Source: Podarcis vaucheri
Taxonomy: Eukaryota
Assembly: GCA_965113315.1 (NCBI GenBank)
Contig: OZ220369.1
DNA length: 64,000 nt
Strand: one strand, 5' to 3'
This document shows positions 36,671-50,342 of this stretch, one piece after another (position 1 is the first letter of the stretch; each line of letters begins with the position of its first letter). A model generated the notes under the pieces. It did not search any database. It worked only from the letters and a program-made list of their open reading frames with translations, and was not told the origin of the DNA. The position numbers and the translations under genes were made by a program.

Positions 36671-36704
<34 letters not shown>
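36671..36704. repeat. (GT)n microsatellite
   Basis: Directly visible. Confidence 0.95.
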
Positions 36705-36705
<1 letters not shown>

Positions 36706-39550
36706 TCCTTTTATGCCAATAGATCTGTGCCTCAGAACCACAGGTGGCAGGCAGCGTTTAGGGAAAGGAGGGGGAACAAGCCCCCCAGATGCGGCAGGAC
36801 TACAACCCCCATCTTCCTCGGAGCTGATGGGAGTTGTAGTCCCATGATACTTGTGGAGGGACACAGGTGCCCCCAACCCCTGGTTTGGGGTGATGGAGCT
36901 AGGCCTGAGGAAATCCAGGTTCAAATCTCCAATCAGCTACAAGGTGACCCGGTAATCTCAAGCAAATCACTCTCCAGAGGAACGCGAGACGCTGCCTTTC
37001 TCCTGACCATCGAGTGCCAATCTGTCTACACTGGCTGGCAGCAGCTCTCCAGAGTTTCAAGATGGGAGTCTTTCCAAGTCTTACCCAGAGGTGCCAGAAA
37101 TTGAACCCAGGGCCTTCTGCACAAGAAGCAGATGCTCTGTCCCCTGACCTACAGCTCTTAAAAATCAGCACTGAATGGGAAACCATGCACACGGGACAAC
37201 CACCTCTTGCTGTATATGCTAAAGCTCCTGAAACAAGGCCCTATGTTATTTTACATAAAATATTTCTGCCAGGTCGAAGGAGGCACACACCTACGTCCCA
37301 CCATTTGACGCTTCTTTTGAACACCAGAAACTTATGCTTTTATGCTCTTGAGGCACAAAAATGTGTCCCCTTGCTATATTCCAAGTGCAGATCGTTCCAA
37401 AGCAGTAGTTAGGACACATGAACAGCCAATGTTTGCAGATGCAGTCTTCTGGGCACCCAGCCAAGCCTAGGTATATCCCCAGAAGAGTAGAGGAAAAACT
37501 ACTCTAAACACATTTAATTGGAGAATGGGATGGAGTACCAACTCCCATTTCCCTTCCAGAAAAAAGGCGTGTGTTCACACCTCCTGGGCAGCCAGTTTCC
37601 ATTGGCTCCATTATTATTTTTTGTGAGGAGGGGGGAGCTATCCTACCAGGCTCTACGCCCCACCCACCCGTGGCAACCCCAAAGAAGGCAAAGTCAGACA
37701 GGCACCTGAGGAAACCAAACACTCCACCCCTTTCAAGTCCCTTCCAACAGGTTTTAAGTGTGCATGTTATGCACTCTGAATTCATCCAAATTAAGCTACC
37801 ATCTGGGCAATAGCCAGCTTTAATCATACACAGAGTAAGACCCACTGAAATCAATGGGCTTAAGGAACTTTATTGATTTCAACAGCTCCACTCAAGAGCA
37901 CAATTTTTGGCAGCAAACCTTAAACCCCCCTGCTTACCTGGGAGTAAACTCCATTGAAATCAATAGGGCTTACTGCTGAGTAGGCATGGTTCGCATTAGG
38001 CAGTAAGTTGGATATGCAAATGAATTTGCAAATGAAGCTGTCCTATGCAAGTATTCAAAATACTGATTGCACTTGTTGCAGGAAACTTCACCTAACTGAA
38101 TCCTGTTGCCTTTAAATGAACAGGAACAGCTCTCCCAGCCATCAGTTGGCAACTGCTATTTTTTTTTTTTTAAAAAAAAACCGCTTCAGTTCTAACATGA
38201 ATTGTAAGAATGTACTCCCAGGGCAATCTAAGATGTACAGCTGTCTACAGGCTGATGTTATTCAGAAGTACACATCTATTTTAAATTCCTAATTACTCTT
38301 TGGAGGGGAAACAACACAGTCCAGTGCTCTTTTGAAGAACTGCTGCCAGCCAGAACCAATTAGACAGAAAAAGATATGAATCAATCCATACTTTATTTAT
38401 TTTAAAGATTCCAAACCACCCTAATGGATTCTGAGATAGTAGGTTGTTAGTTATTGTTGTTAGTAGCAATACCACCAGAAGGAGCAAGGAGTTAAACCTT
38501 GCAAAATAGTCACCAGCCAGTTCAGTGGAAGCTGCCCAGAGAACTGCGAGTAACGGGTGTTGTCTGCCTGTAATTTTCCACGGTAAAGCTATAGTGGGCG
38601 CTTATATTTAGAGATGGCAAATATCCACCTATTTAAGTTGCTCCAAACTGAATGCCTCAACATCCAACGATGGCGTTCTGGTACTCGCCAACGAACGCAG
38701 AACCCAAGCGTCCGGGCTCAGCGCTACTTTGCGCTGAATTAGCTATAAATCCTAAATTCCAGGCACGCCTGCCTGCATTAAGTTCCACAAAACATAACTG
38801 CGCGATCCTAAGAGGATTTGCAGTCGCACAAGCCGGTCCTACGCATCTGACGCGAGCCTTCAACAGCGGCCACTGAAGCTGCATATACAGTATAGGCTTG
38901 CGTTTAGGAACAAGCTATTAATAAAACCCGAGCTGCGTTTGCAAGGGAGCAAGCTTTGCTGAATGATCAATGAGAGCAAGTTCTGAGTTGGAACACGGTC
39001 AGGATCGTGTAAATAAAGCGTCTGCAAAGCCCATAAGAAAAGGGCTATCAGGATCGTAACTTCCGCAGCCCGTCCCAAATTCGCGCACAAAAAAAATAGT
39101 GGCAAAAGATGCGTTCGTCGCCCCTCCCCAGTTTGGGGTGCTCGCTGGCCCCCAAATTCCAAAGACTCGTTTCCAAACGCAACCAACGGCGAAGCTCAGG
39201 TCAAGCCCTAGAACCGAACCCGTGTTTTACGCCGCGGTGCAGCAAAGCCACTCTGCACTATGCTCAGGGGCACTCTTGCACTGGAAATGAACCCATCCGC
39301 TCCACAACGGAACTGCAGCAGCCCGAATGCACGCAGCCTCTTCACTTTCGCGCGGTGCAATCCACAGGAACGACCCGCGCTTGGGGATCCCTCCTGCGAG
39401 GATCCCCCGCGATCCTTACTGGAATCCGAGGGAGCCCGCCCCAGACGCCTGGCTGCAAACGCGGGAAAAGTGCGCAGTTGTTGAGAGACGCCAAACTTCT
39501 GCTCCCACCCATGCATGCACATAAACAAGCTGCAATACAGCCATATATAC

Positions 39551-39670
39551 CTTATGCAAGATGCAGCCCCTTTTTCTTCTGACAGCAACTGGAAATAACA
39601 ATTGGAAAAATTGCTATCTATATTGAAAGTGCGCCGCAGCTGCAAACAACTGGAGAGCGTCGGCACGCGC
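39551..39670 (-). other. Probable non-coding exon 1 (5' UTR) of HSC70-like gene
   Basis: Starts ~25-30 nt downstream of TATAAA; candidate donor AAG|gtatat at 39551/39550 (alternative cca|gtaagg near 39419); HSPA8 also has a non-coding first exon. Confidence 0.55.
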
Positions 39671-39693
39671 GCGCCCGCCTGCTACTCCCAGGC

Positions 39694-39910
39694 TTTATAT
39701 GCAGACCGCCCTCCCCGCCCCTCTTATTGCGCGCTCTAGTGCATTTTTCTCTTCCCCACCCCGTTTAAGGGCGCTGACACTTTGCAGAAGCTTCTCGACT
39801 TGGCTTCGAATCCGTCCAATCCGGGCCCGGCTCGACTTGTCTGTCAACGAGGGAAGGGGCGGGGCCGGGCTCCAGCTGTCCTGGCGCGGGAGTGGAACTT
39901 TCAAGAAGCC
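39694..39910 (-). promoter_or_regulatory. Heat-shock promoter: TATA box, two HSEs, CCAAT box, GC boxes, within a CpG island (~38650-39980)
   Basis: TATAAA (-) 39694-39699; imperfect HSE TTGcaGAAgcTTCtcGAC 39782-39799; CCAAT 39816-39820; GGGGCGGGG 39856-39864; perfect 3-unit HSE GAActTTCaaGAA 39895-39907. Confidence 0.85.
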
Positions 39911-41612
39911 GAGGGAGGGGAGGATCTGGTTTCGCGCGCCCCGTTTACACGGCAACCCGGAGTGACACTCGGTGCTCCATAAATAAAAAGTTTCCCGTTG
40001 GAGCTATGAGTTCAGTTTCTAATTTTGCAGTTGGGGTGCGTGGTTATTTTTAGGGAGAAGGGCAGGCGTGGGACAGGAGAAAGAGAATAAGGATCTATAT
40101 AGAAGACCACCTGGAAAGTTTATGGCCAAAGTTAGGGTTGGTTTTGTGTGTGTTAGGGGGCTGCAATGTTTGCTTCTAAACTCTCTGAAGGGTGTTGCAG
40201 AAGCAAGAATCTGCATCTCCAGGACATAATTTGAATGGGTGTGAAAAAGCACCTCTGAGCATATGCAGACTGCTTGTCCAAAATAGCATACCTAAGCATA
40301 TGAAGCATTAGAGGAAGGTGGCCTCTTCCTTCTCTGCTCCACCCCTTTGCTAATATTTATTAATTTGATTTATATCCCACCTTTCCTTCAAGACGGGGTA
40401 CGTGGATTTTTCACCTCCACGTTTTATCCTCGCAAACAATGCTGTGAGGTAGGTTAAGCTAAGAGACAGTGACTGACCCAAAGCCACCAAGCCAAAATTG
40501 CAGAGTGGGAAGGGGCCATGAGGGTCATCTAGTCCAACCCCCTGTGATGCAGGAATCTCAGAAATCTCCTTGAGCCAAGTCAAGTGATATGTGACTATTG
40601 TAATGGATGAACATTATCCGGACACTTCATTACTGAGTTCTCCATGCACCTGAGGTTTGGCTGGCCTTCAAGTCAGGACAGCGGCTTAAGAATGGCAGAC
40701 CCTGCCCTGTGGAACTCCCTGCCAGTAGATACTCAGCAGGAAACATCCCTCCCTTCCTTCAGAAAACTTTTGTTGTTGAGACAGGCCTTTACAACATGAT
40801 TTCTGCTGCCCTCCCTCTTATAACCAGACAGCATTTATTTATGTTTTAAATGATTGAATCATAGAATTGTAGAGTTGGAAGGGACCCCAAGGGTCATCTA
40901 GTCCAACCCCCTACAATGCCAGAATCACAGCTAATGTTTTTCTGGCTCTTTTGTTGATCTTATCCCCTGTGTGCTGTACTCCACCTTCTTTTTTTTGGGG
41001 GGGGGAATGCAGGTTTTGTGTCGCAGTGGTAGACACTTGGAGGAAAATGGGATGGATGCTTTCATGGGAAACAGAGTGTTTCTCTTTAACACCCTCTGTA
41101 TCTGTTTTCCTGTTAAATGAACATCACAGGCTCCTTCAGCTCTAACATTTTTCTTTAGACTGCAGTGTCTATTAAGACTAGGTACATGACTCTCAAGCGG
41201 AAAAACACAGCCACCCTCAGGGACCATAATTTGAACTTTGATTACCATCGTGTATCTCAGTCTGTACTTTCCCACTCTTAGGTTAAAAACAACATCTTTC
41301 CTAGACTCGGTTGTATTAAGAAGCAGTTGCTTAAGATTCCAGGACTGCACCATTTTTATTTTTGCCTCTTATCTCAGGGGTGTTTCACTTAAAAGAAAGG
41401 ACCCTCAGTAAATTTTGACATTTTGCTTCTAGGTTGATCATATTTAAGAGAAAAACTACAGCTAACCTTTTTCATGGGCTTTATAAATAAGCATGCTTAA
41501 ACCTGCCTGTTTTTATTTTGAAGGGGTGGGAGAAACCCATTCACAGGGCCCCAATCCAGAATGCAGTCCTGATCCAGACTGAGGGCCTGCACCAGTCATC
41601 TGCTGAAAACTA

Positions 41613-42060
41613 CAGTGGTACTTCAAGTGACAAACGCCTCAGGTTACAAACTCCGCTAACCTGGAAGAGTTACCTCGAGTTGAGAACTTTGCCCCAGGAT
41701 GAGAACGGAAATCATGTTCCGGCAGCGCAGCAGCAGCTAGAGGCCCCATTAGCAAAAGCACGCCTCTAATTAAGAACAGTTTCCGGTTAAGAACGGACCT
41801 CTGGAACGAATTAAGTTCATAACTAGAGGTACCACTATTCAGTGGTACCTCGGGTTAAAGATGCTTCAGGTTACAGACTCCATTAACCCTGAAACCTCGG
41901 GTTAAGAACTTTGCTTCAGGATGAGAACAGAAATCACGCAGCAGTGGCGCAGCGGCAGCGGGAGGCCCCATTAGCTAAAGTGGTACTTCAGGTTAAGAAC
42001 AGTTTCAGGTTAAGAACGGACCTCCAGAACAAATTAAGTTCTTAACCCGAGGTACCACTG
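41613..42060. mobile_element. Two tandem Tc1/mariner (Tigger-like) MITEs (41613-41837, 41840-42060)
   Basis: TA|cagtggtac...gtaccactg|TA. Confidence 0.8.
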
Positions 42061-42330
42061 TACCCAACTTGCCATTCCTCACCAGCCTACCAGGAAGCAG
42101 CCAGGAGTGAGCAAATAGCAGTTGCAGCCAGTGTGTCAGGTGTCAGACTAAAGGTCTGGAAGGCCAAGGTTCAAATTTCCCACTCAGCCATGAAGCCCAC
42201 TGAGTGCAAGTTGAAATCTCTCAGCCTAACCAACCTTGCAATGTTGTTGTGGCACCAGGCTTGGCTCCAGGAGTTGCCGGAAGAGCAGAAGGTGCCACCC
42301 AACTGCCTTAGAGACTCCACACTGGATTTG

Positions 42331-42905
42331 TAATAATAATAATAATTTATTACGGCCGTAGGCCCATACAGATAAAAACAAGACATAAATAACAGCTTGT
42401 GCACGTGGGGGAAAAACAGCCGCTAAAACACTACTATAACAATAAAATACTATAAGATGGAATGGCATACTACGCCTTAATTAGCTTGTGGTGCTCCTTG
42501 GCCACGCTTTTGGGTAAGGACAGCGACCAGGAACCTAGCCACTTTCAGGGTCGTATGGGTATCCTTATCCTGCAAGATTTGAGCAAGGTGGAATTTTGGT
42601 GGGGTACCCTCTACTTTCTGTATGATTGATCCCAACAAATTTGCCCGTGGCACCTTGAATAAGGGGCAAGTGAACATAATGTGCTGAAGCGACTCTGGCG
42701 TCTCCTTATCACATTCGCACATGGCGGAGGCTTGGCCCTTTGAGAATCTATGTCTCAGGACATTGGAGGGAAAAACGTTAAACCTCGCTTTGGTGAAGGC
42801 CAGCCTATGGGCAACAGTCGAAAGAGAGGAGAGGTATGATGGAACGCAGTAAGTTAAAGTGATACCAATGTTCTGGGGCGAACAAACACCTCCCCCCAGC
42901 ATATA
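42331..42905 (-). mobile_element. Non-LTR retrotransposon 3' end with C-terminal CCHC knuckle (possibly RTE-X clade)
   Basis: RLAFTKARFNVFPS...CECDKETPESLQHIMFTCPLF; AATAAA plus (TTA)n tail. Confidence 0.7.
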
Positions 42906-43080
42906 TGGATTTGTGTACGGTTTACTCCTTAGCTTTTTATATGCCACAAAGCAGTGGAGGTTTAGGAGCAGAGTTTTCCTTCTTCTAGATGGGCTCCCTT
43001 CCCAGGTTGATGAGCCTCATCTAGGGGAAGTCTAATGCTTATGGCTTCTAGGAGCTACAGCTGAGAGCTGAGTGCTGGGT

Positions 43081-43317
43081 AGAAGAGTTTGGATTTGATA
43101 TCCCACTTTATCACTACCCTAAGGAGTCTCAAAGCGGCTAACATTCTCCTTTCCCTTCCTCCCCAACAACAAACACTCTGTGAGGTGAGTGGGGCTGAGA
43201 GACTTCAGAGAAGTGTCACCCAAGGTCACCCAACAGCTGCTTGTGGAAGAGCGGAGACGCGAACCCGGTTCACCAGATTACGAGACTACCGCTCTTAACC
43301 ACTACACCACACTGGCT
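43081..43317 (-). mobile_element. Squam3-type SINE (second copy)
   Basis: Near-identical reverse complement of 15740-15989. Confidence 0.75.
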
Positions 43318-43978
43318 TTTGGGTAGAGACCAAAAGTGGCCAAACTACCCCAGAAGAAGCATGACGTCTCCCCCTAGCCCTCCCCCTCCTCTAGCTCCCC
43401 ATAACTGTAATTATAAATAAATAAAGCAGCAGAACTGGGAGCACACATTTTTGAGCAGGGCCTTGCAAGGGTGTTGTTGTTTTTCCAAAATAACAGCAGA
43501 TGTCAGATGAAGCATGCTTGAATAATGTCACACGTAGGTTGGAGCTCAGGCTGGTAATCTTTCCTAAATGGCCGAATGATGACGCCTGGACCAGGAAATG
43601 CCCAGTAAAGCCAAGTGGCCTTGTTTCACCTCTCCCTGACCTTCTCTGCCGGTGTAAACCAACACCATTTGCCTTCTGAAGTCCAAAGCGGCTGCCCTCT
43701 CAGTATACGAAACTAGCAGCCAAGAGGGGTGACACTACAGAGAACATTCTGGATCCCGTTTCTTGCCTTTTAACAGCAGAGACAAAAGTATGTTCATTTG
43801 TCAAGTTGCAGCCAGACACCTGTTATTGGTGCATTCATGGGGGCAGGAAGAGAAATAAAAATAACAATGCAGCAAACAGAAATTAAACTGGTGAAAGTTT
43901 TCTCATTGCTGCATCTGCAGGTCAGGAAAAAAAACTCCACAATTTCTTTGGTGTGCGCCAGGGGAGAAGAGCCAGTTT

Positions 43979-44420
43979 AAAAGACCCACATTGGCTCCCA
44001 GTACGTTTCCGAGCACAATTCAAAGTGTTGGTGCTGACCTTTAAAGCCCTAAACGGCCTCGGTCCAGTATACCTGAAGGAGCGTCTCCACCCCCATCGTT
44101 CTGCCCGGACACTGAGGTCCAGCGCCGAGGGCCTTCTGGCAGTTCCCTCATTGAGAGAAGCAAAGCTACAGGGAAGCAGGTAGAGGGCCTTCTCAGTAGT
44201 GGCACCCGCCCTGTGGAACGCCCTTCCAGCAGATGTCAAAGCGATAAACAACTACCTGACATTCAGAAGACATCTTAAGGCAGCCCTGTTCAGGGAAGTT
44301 TTTAACATGTGATATTTTAGTGTATTTTTGGTTTCTATGGAAGCCGCCCAGAGTGGCTGGGGAGGCCCAGCCAGATGGGCGGGGTATAAATAATAAATTA
44401 TTATTATTATTATTATTATT
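43979..44420 (+). mobile_element. L2-clade LINE 3' end with (TTA)n tail
   Basis: HWLPVRFRAQFKVLVLTFKALNGLGPVYLKERL. Confidence 0.85.
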
Positions 44421-45559
44421 ATAAAAGGTTGTCAACTGTTTAGGGGAATTTTCCTTTTTCAATGAATTTCTATCACTTGCAGCCTGCAGGCTACTGGAAA
44501 TACAGTAAAATGCTAGCAGTGCAGACACAAAGGAAGAATAAGTAAGCTCCCTGTTTAAAATGCAATAAAAAAAATGCATTAAAACCTCCTGAGATTATTC
44601 ATGGATCTAATTTACTCAGATTAATGCCTTTGCCTTTACAAACCACTGATATTTGGTTCACGAGCCTCACTCGGATTTTCTACGCTGCAATTGCAAACTG
44701 TGCAACTTGAGAGGATAAAGGAATGTGCTATCTGTACATACACAAGGTTTACAATACAGACAGCAGTAGAAGCCACGTGTACATGGTTATACCACTGAGT
44801 TGCCCACAGCTGACATCTGGGGGAAGCCACTGCATCAAGCAACTCCTGCTGCTGAACTGTGCCAGCTGGTCAATATAAAAGCAACTGTGCCTGAGTTTTG
44901 ATTTTCCTCTTCCCTCCCTGTGCCCCTTCCCTTGTGTGTCGTGTTTTTGTTTTTTTAATTGTAAGCCTAAGGGGAGGGATTGTCTTGTCTTGATTGTATG
45001 CAAGTCACTCTGGGAGCCTTTTTAGTTGATGAGTGGGGTAAAAAAAAAAAATGCTCCAGATTTGTTTCCTGAAGAAGTTCAAGGTACTTTGCCTAAAATT
45101 GTTTACATTCTGGGCTTGGGAAACCTTAAGGGGGCATATTTTCCCAGTATGCACCTTTGCGCACGCTGAGATTTAGAAGCAACTATTAATTCTGAGTGCT
45201 ATATAATGGGTTTTGGAGTGTGTGTGTTTTGTTTGTTTGTTTGCTTTTTGCTGCTACAGAGCCCTGAGATTGTGGAACACTACCTACAAGAAATCCACCA
45301 AAAGAAGATCCAAAGAGGAGGAATGATTTCATTTCTGAACTATGTCCTACAAAGCATTTCACAAGATAATAAAAACACATATAAAACACTTGCATACATA
45401 TTTAGAAAATGAAAACAAGCGTATCTGGGGTGGTTGTTTTTTTAAAAAAAAATTAAAATGACTGGAATACATAAAATCAATTTCAAATCCAAAGGATACC
45501 GTCTGCTGGAATGAAAACCTCCACTTTAGAAACACTTGTTGAAAGACCAAAGTCTTCAA

Positions 45560-46090
45560 CGCAAAATTTGCAGCGGCTTTCGGATATGCAAAGCCCAACA
45601 TGGAATTACCAATAGCTTCGCTGAACTTCGAGCTGCCCGTCAGCGCGCAACAACCAATAGGGAAACAAAGAGGCGGCAGCTTATCCTCCAATCGAAACGA
45701 AGTTCCAGACTTTTCCCGGGCCACGCCCAGCGGGAGATATGAGACGCTCGTCACGTAGCTTCTCCTTTCCTTCTCCCGCTCCGCTTTACCCGCTGCTCCC
45801 CCCTCCCCTCCGCGAGGCCCGGTAACCATGGAGACGGCAGAACTTAGGGAAAAGGCGGGCTTTGGGGCCTAGCATAGGCCTCTCTCGCGGGTGGCGAGGG
45901 CTGCGCTAAAGCAACGCGCGGATCTAACTTGGGGGGAGGACCCCCTGCAGCTCAACGAGGGGTATTCCCGGAAGTGAGCGAGCTTTATTATTGGCTCCGT
46001 AAATAGTGTTGCACAAAAACCCTTCCTACCTTACAGAAGTCGGAGCATAATCGGATCCCTGCTCTCACAGGGGCGAACCAGACGCCTGTG
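45560..46090. promoter_or_regulatory. CpG-island promoter (CCAAT boxes, RFX X-box-like GTAACCATGGAGAC, ETS CCGGAAGTG)
   Basis: High CpG density; CCAAT ~45654 and ~45688; X-box-like 45822-45835; CCGGAAGTG ~45968. Confidence 0.65.
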
Positions 46091-48461
46091 GGAAATGTGC
46101 AAGCAGGATATGAGCACAGGAGCACCTTTCCCCTCCTGTGGTTTCCAACTTTAAAATATAATAATAATAATATTTATTTGTTATTATTTATTAAATTTGT
46201 ATACTGCCCTATACCCATAAGTCTCAGCACAAAGTTACATTGCAAAAATGCAACATACATGATAACAATCATTAAAACGACAAACAATGCTCATGTATGC
46301 AAACTAAAAAAAATGCACTCCTCAACAAAAGGCCTGAGCAGCAAATGTGAAAATCCAAATCAACATCTATCATTTAAAAGCCAATTTAAAGCAACCCCAC
46401 CTCCCAAATGAAAGAACATCCACCCAGCTATTTCCCCTCACAGGCTCTCAAGGGGGCTTGCGGATGAAATAAGAACAGTTAAAAGCATAGAAAGAAACTC
46501 CAATCAATCATGCACACACAATCTGTTAACCACACACACACATATAATACTGCCTCCCCCGTGAAGGCAGGAGCTTAGCCATCATTGTTAGCTGACATTG
46601 ATAGATCCTTCTTCATTGGTTTGCCTAATCCTCTTTTAAAGCTGTTGTAATTTCTGGGTTACAACAAAACCACCAGAGTCGGTGGCCATCCCTGCCTCTC
46701 CAGTGGGAGTGAGTTCCATAGTTTTATGTGCCGTGTGAAGAAGCACGTTTCCTCGTTTCATTACACACATTTGCGCAAATGCATATTGAATTCTGTGGGT
46801 GTTGATCTTCATGTGTGCTCACTGTTCTCTTTAAGATCCCTTATCAATACTTGCCATTCCCTTAAAAGTAATTATTAACCTGGCCATTAATCCTCAATGC
46901 TCACATAATCCCAGCTGAAAATAATCCTGAATCCATGTAGCTGCATTTATACCCATGTGCATTTTGGTTGCCTCGTCCTCTGTTATTCCATGCTGCCGAA
47001 AGTCTGACTTTAAACTCATTTAAAGACAGGAAATGGCTATCTTTTTTGGTGGTTGTTTGTTATACGCTTTGTACAGCATACAGAGAGGTTGGTGCTCTGA
47101 CAGCAAGAACTCCTAATAGTGAACTCTGGTGGTTAAACAGAAAATGCAGACTATGAAGAATCCGAAAATAAAAACAAAACTTGTGTGCTGGAACGGTGTG
47201 GTGGAAGTAGACATGTGGTGCAGTAATAAAACATTTAGCACATTTATGAAGCTAAGCAGGGCCTCGTATACTCTTGCTTTGGCAAGCGTATTAGAAGGCG
47301 GAAATTCACTGCAACATTATTAATTTTTTGCAGGTCCCACACCGATGATGATGATGTTGCTATCTCGAAGATCTTGCTTCAGCAGTGCCTGCTCTCAGAC
47401 TCAGCAGTTTGGACAAAAGAATGATGTCCAGGATGTTCAGTGGATGTTTCTGAATGGGAGCTAATGGTTGGGAGATCACTGGAGAGCTTTCGGGAATATT
47501 CTGAATCAGAGTTATCAGGGCTGGGAGGGAACACATCACCCCCGCTCCCTGCCCAGTTTATGTGAAGTGTGTGGGAATGAATGACAGAGGAATTTGGGGG
47601 GGGGGAGAGGGAGAGAGAGAGAGAGAGAGACTGGGAGGGAGAGAACTGAGTTGAGATTAAATTATGGAATCATCCTCTGGGGAGATGACATAAAACAGTA
47701 GATCTGTTGCTCTGTAGCAGTGCAAGTGGTGTTGTGTATTTGCACCTATATCAAATACTGGAAAAAAGCTGGTTTTCACTACTCATCAAAGGAACCAAAT
47801 CCAGACAGCAGGACCCAAGGAACTTGCCAGTGCTAGTAGACAGTATAAACAATTGTTAATAACTCCCCTTTTTCTGTTCTGAATGGGAAGTGGAGATAAA
47901 AACAATGTAGTGACCAGCAGACAGCTATCCAGGTTAAGCACCCCAGTGCTCCGAAGGGTCCCTCACTGGTCTGCCCCTGCCTGCCACTCACTGCGCAGGC
48001 ATTGCTTGAGAACCACTCTCAGCTCCCATCTCTCTGCACCTGCCCCCTCCCTGTTGCCTCACCTGGCAGGTGCAAATGGGCCAAGGGCCAAAGCCAGGCA
48101 TTCTGGGTCAGGTAGGTGGTGACGGAAATGCCAGAGCCAAAAATTCACAGACGGCGACCCAACAATCCCCGATAGCGCGTGCTCCTCCTCCCTCTCCGGT
48201 GCGCCGGCCGCTCCTGGGATCACCTTTTCTGCGCGCCACGCTTCCCGGATCCCCGGGCAGTGGCTGCTTTGCGATGTGACTCAGGCTGGTGCATCTGGGT
48301 CACCAAGGCGCGAATTAATTGCAGCAGCCACTCAGGACCAGTCCGGCTTTTCTTCTTATTTAAAGAGCCTGCTGTTTTGTCAATCCCAACCAGCGCGTTT
48401 CTTGCACCGGCAGCTCCGCCTCTTCCCATGTGATGGTTTCTGTTTTGCTTTCCACCTACAG

Positions 48462-48551
48462 ACGATCGGCAGGATCCCCTCCGGTTCGCCACGTCTGCTG
48501 CTCGCTTGCTTGCTGCTTCGCCTTAGGGAATTGGTTTGGGAAATGAATTCT
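48462..48551 (+). other. Candidate upstream exon of the IRG gene (90 nt; ends ATG AAT TCT|gtgagt, in frame with the main exon)
   Basis: Strong acceptor ttttgctttccacctacag| and donor |gtgagt within a CpG-rich region; a phase-0 join to 51420 gives MNS-SLRHTDT-MEIQE. Confidence 0.5.
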
Positions 48552-49145
48552 GTGAGTATAGAGGAGGGCTCAAAGCTGGCGCGAAGGAGCGCACACATCC
48601 ACCCGCCCGGTTGCAAAAAAAGCGCTGCGCTTTGGTGAAAACTCAAAGGAGCGAAGAGTCTGGTGACACCTTGAAGGCCTGCAGATTGGTTGCAGTAGGA
48701 ACTTTCCCGAGCATCCGACCAGCTGGCCTCGAATCCTCAAGCTTTTCCCACAACGAACCATGGCCGACTTCCGGGTGTCACAAGGCTCTTGTGTTTTTGC
48801 TGCAGCAGTCACTGGGTTGGCTACCCTTCTGAATATGGGAAGGGTGGGCTCTAGTGGTTAGAGAAGGGAAAGCCGGCAGCTGGGAGTCTTGTTTCTCTTT
48901 TGGTTTGCTAACAACTTGTTGGATTGGGTGAGGTGAGACATGGGGCTCCGTCCCGCATTTGTGGGTGCAGAAGGAATCTTTCATGTTAAGTCAAAGCTAC
49001 ATTTGCTTGCTTAGTCATCTGCTGTTGGGGATCACTAGTGGAGAGATTGCTGTTGCATGCAGGTCCTGCTTTGGAACTCGCTTCCTTGGGAGGCACTGAT
49101 GTCCATTAACTTGGATGGCTTTAAAAAAGGATTAGTGAAATTCAT

Positions 49146-49186
49146 GGAGGAGGAGGAGGAGGAGGAAGAGGAGGAGGAGGAGGAGG
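49146..49186. repeat. (GAG)n microsatellite
   Basis: Directly visible. Confidence 0.9.
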
Positions 49187-49859
49187 CTATTAGTGGCTAC
49201 TAACCATAATAGCTAGGCTCTGCCTTAACTGCCAGAGGCAGCTATGCCTCTGAATATTATTATTATTATTAATTAAATCTGTGTACTGCCCTGTACCTGC
49301 AAGTCTCAGGGCGGTTCGCAAGATAAAATCACAATATAAAAACGTAACCTGGCTGGCCACTGTGAGAACAGGGTGCTGGACTAGATGGGATTTTGGCCTG
49401 ATCCAGCAAACTGTTCTTATTACTTACAGCTATTTTGTAGCTTCTTGTAGCTTGCTCATTTACTTTTGTAGCATTTTTCTAATTTAATTGATTTCCTCTA
49501 ATTATTCTGTAGTTTTAAGCACGTGCTGTGCTTGGAATGCTCTCTTTGAATGGAAGAGCTTAGTAACAACAACAACAACAACAACAACAATAATAATAAA
49601 ACAAAATGGTCTGATTCTGATTCTTTTCCTGATTTGGAGGGATGCACGTGTTTATATTAAGTGGTATGTTGAAAATGGCTAGAGTAAAATACTCATTTAG
49701 ATAGTTGTCAGGAAGGAAAAGTGGGATAGAATCAATGGCAAGGAAAAGAAAGAGGGAAGTCAGGGGCGGGCCAAGGGCCACATTGCCTTCTGGGCAAGCT
49801 TCCGAGGACCACATGATAGTGGTGGGTGTGGCCAGAGTAAAAAATTAGCAAAACAATTA

Positions 49860-50083
49860 CAGTGGTACCTCGGGTTACAGACGCTTCAGGTTACAGACTC
49901 CGCTAACCCAGAAATAATACCTTGGGTTAAGAACTTTGATTCAGGATGAGAACAGAAATCGTGTGGCGGTGGCGCGGCGGCAGCAGGATGCCCCATTAGC
50001 TAAACTGGTGCTTCAGGTTAAGAACATTTCAGGTTAAGAACGGACCTCGAGAACAAATGAAGTACTAACCCGAGGTACCACTG
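49860..50083. mobile_element. Tc1/mariner (Tigger-like) MITE
   Basis: TA|cagtggtacctcgggtta...taacccgaggtaccactg|TA. Confidence 0.85.
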
Positions 50084-50342
50084 TAATGTAAATCTTACTA
50101 TTGTGGAGAAGTCTAATTTCTACATCCACTCATGAACCCTGCGGTGTTCTTCATCCAAGCAAGAGGCATGATCAGAGTTCAAGAACACATTCCAGCCAGG
50201 CATAAACACTCAAGGAAGAGTGCAAAGGAGGGTTTAGGAGGAGATGTAGCCGGGGGTGTTTCGTTTTGCTTTAAATCAAGCCCAACGCTTTTCAAACAGC
50301 TTTTCTTCTGCTTCTGAACAAGTAACTTCATCCCACAAACTA

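Noticed and set aside
47340-47510. Box C/D snoRNA (ATGATGA ... CTGA)
   Set aside because: The C-box candidate is part of a (GAT)n run; no terminal stem and no rRNA-complementary guide recognised
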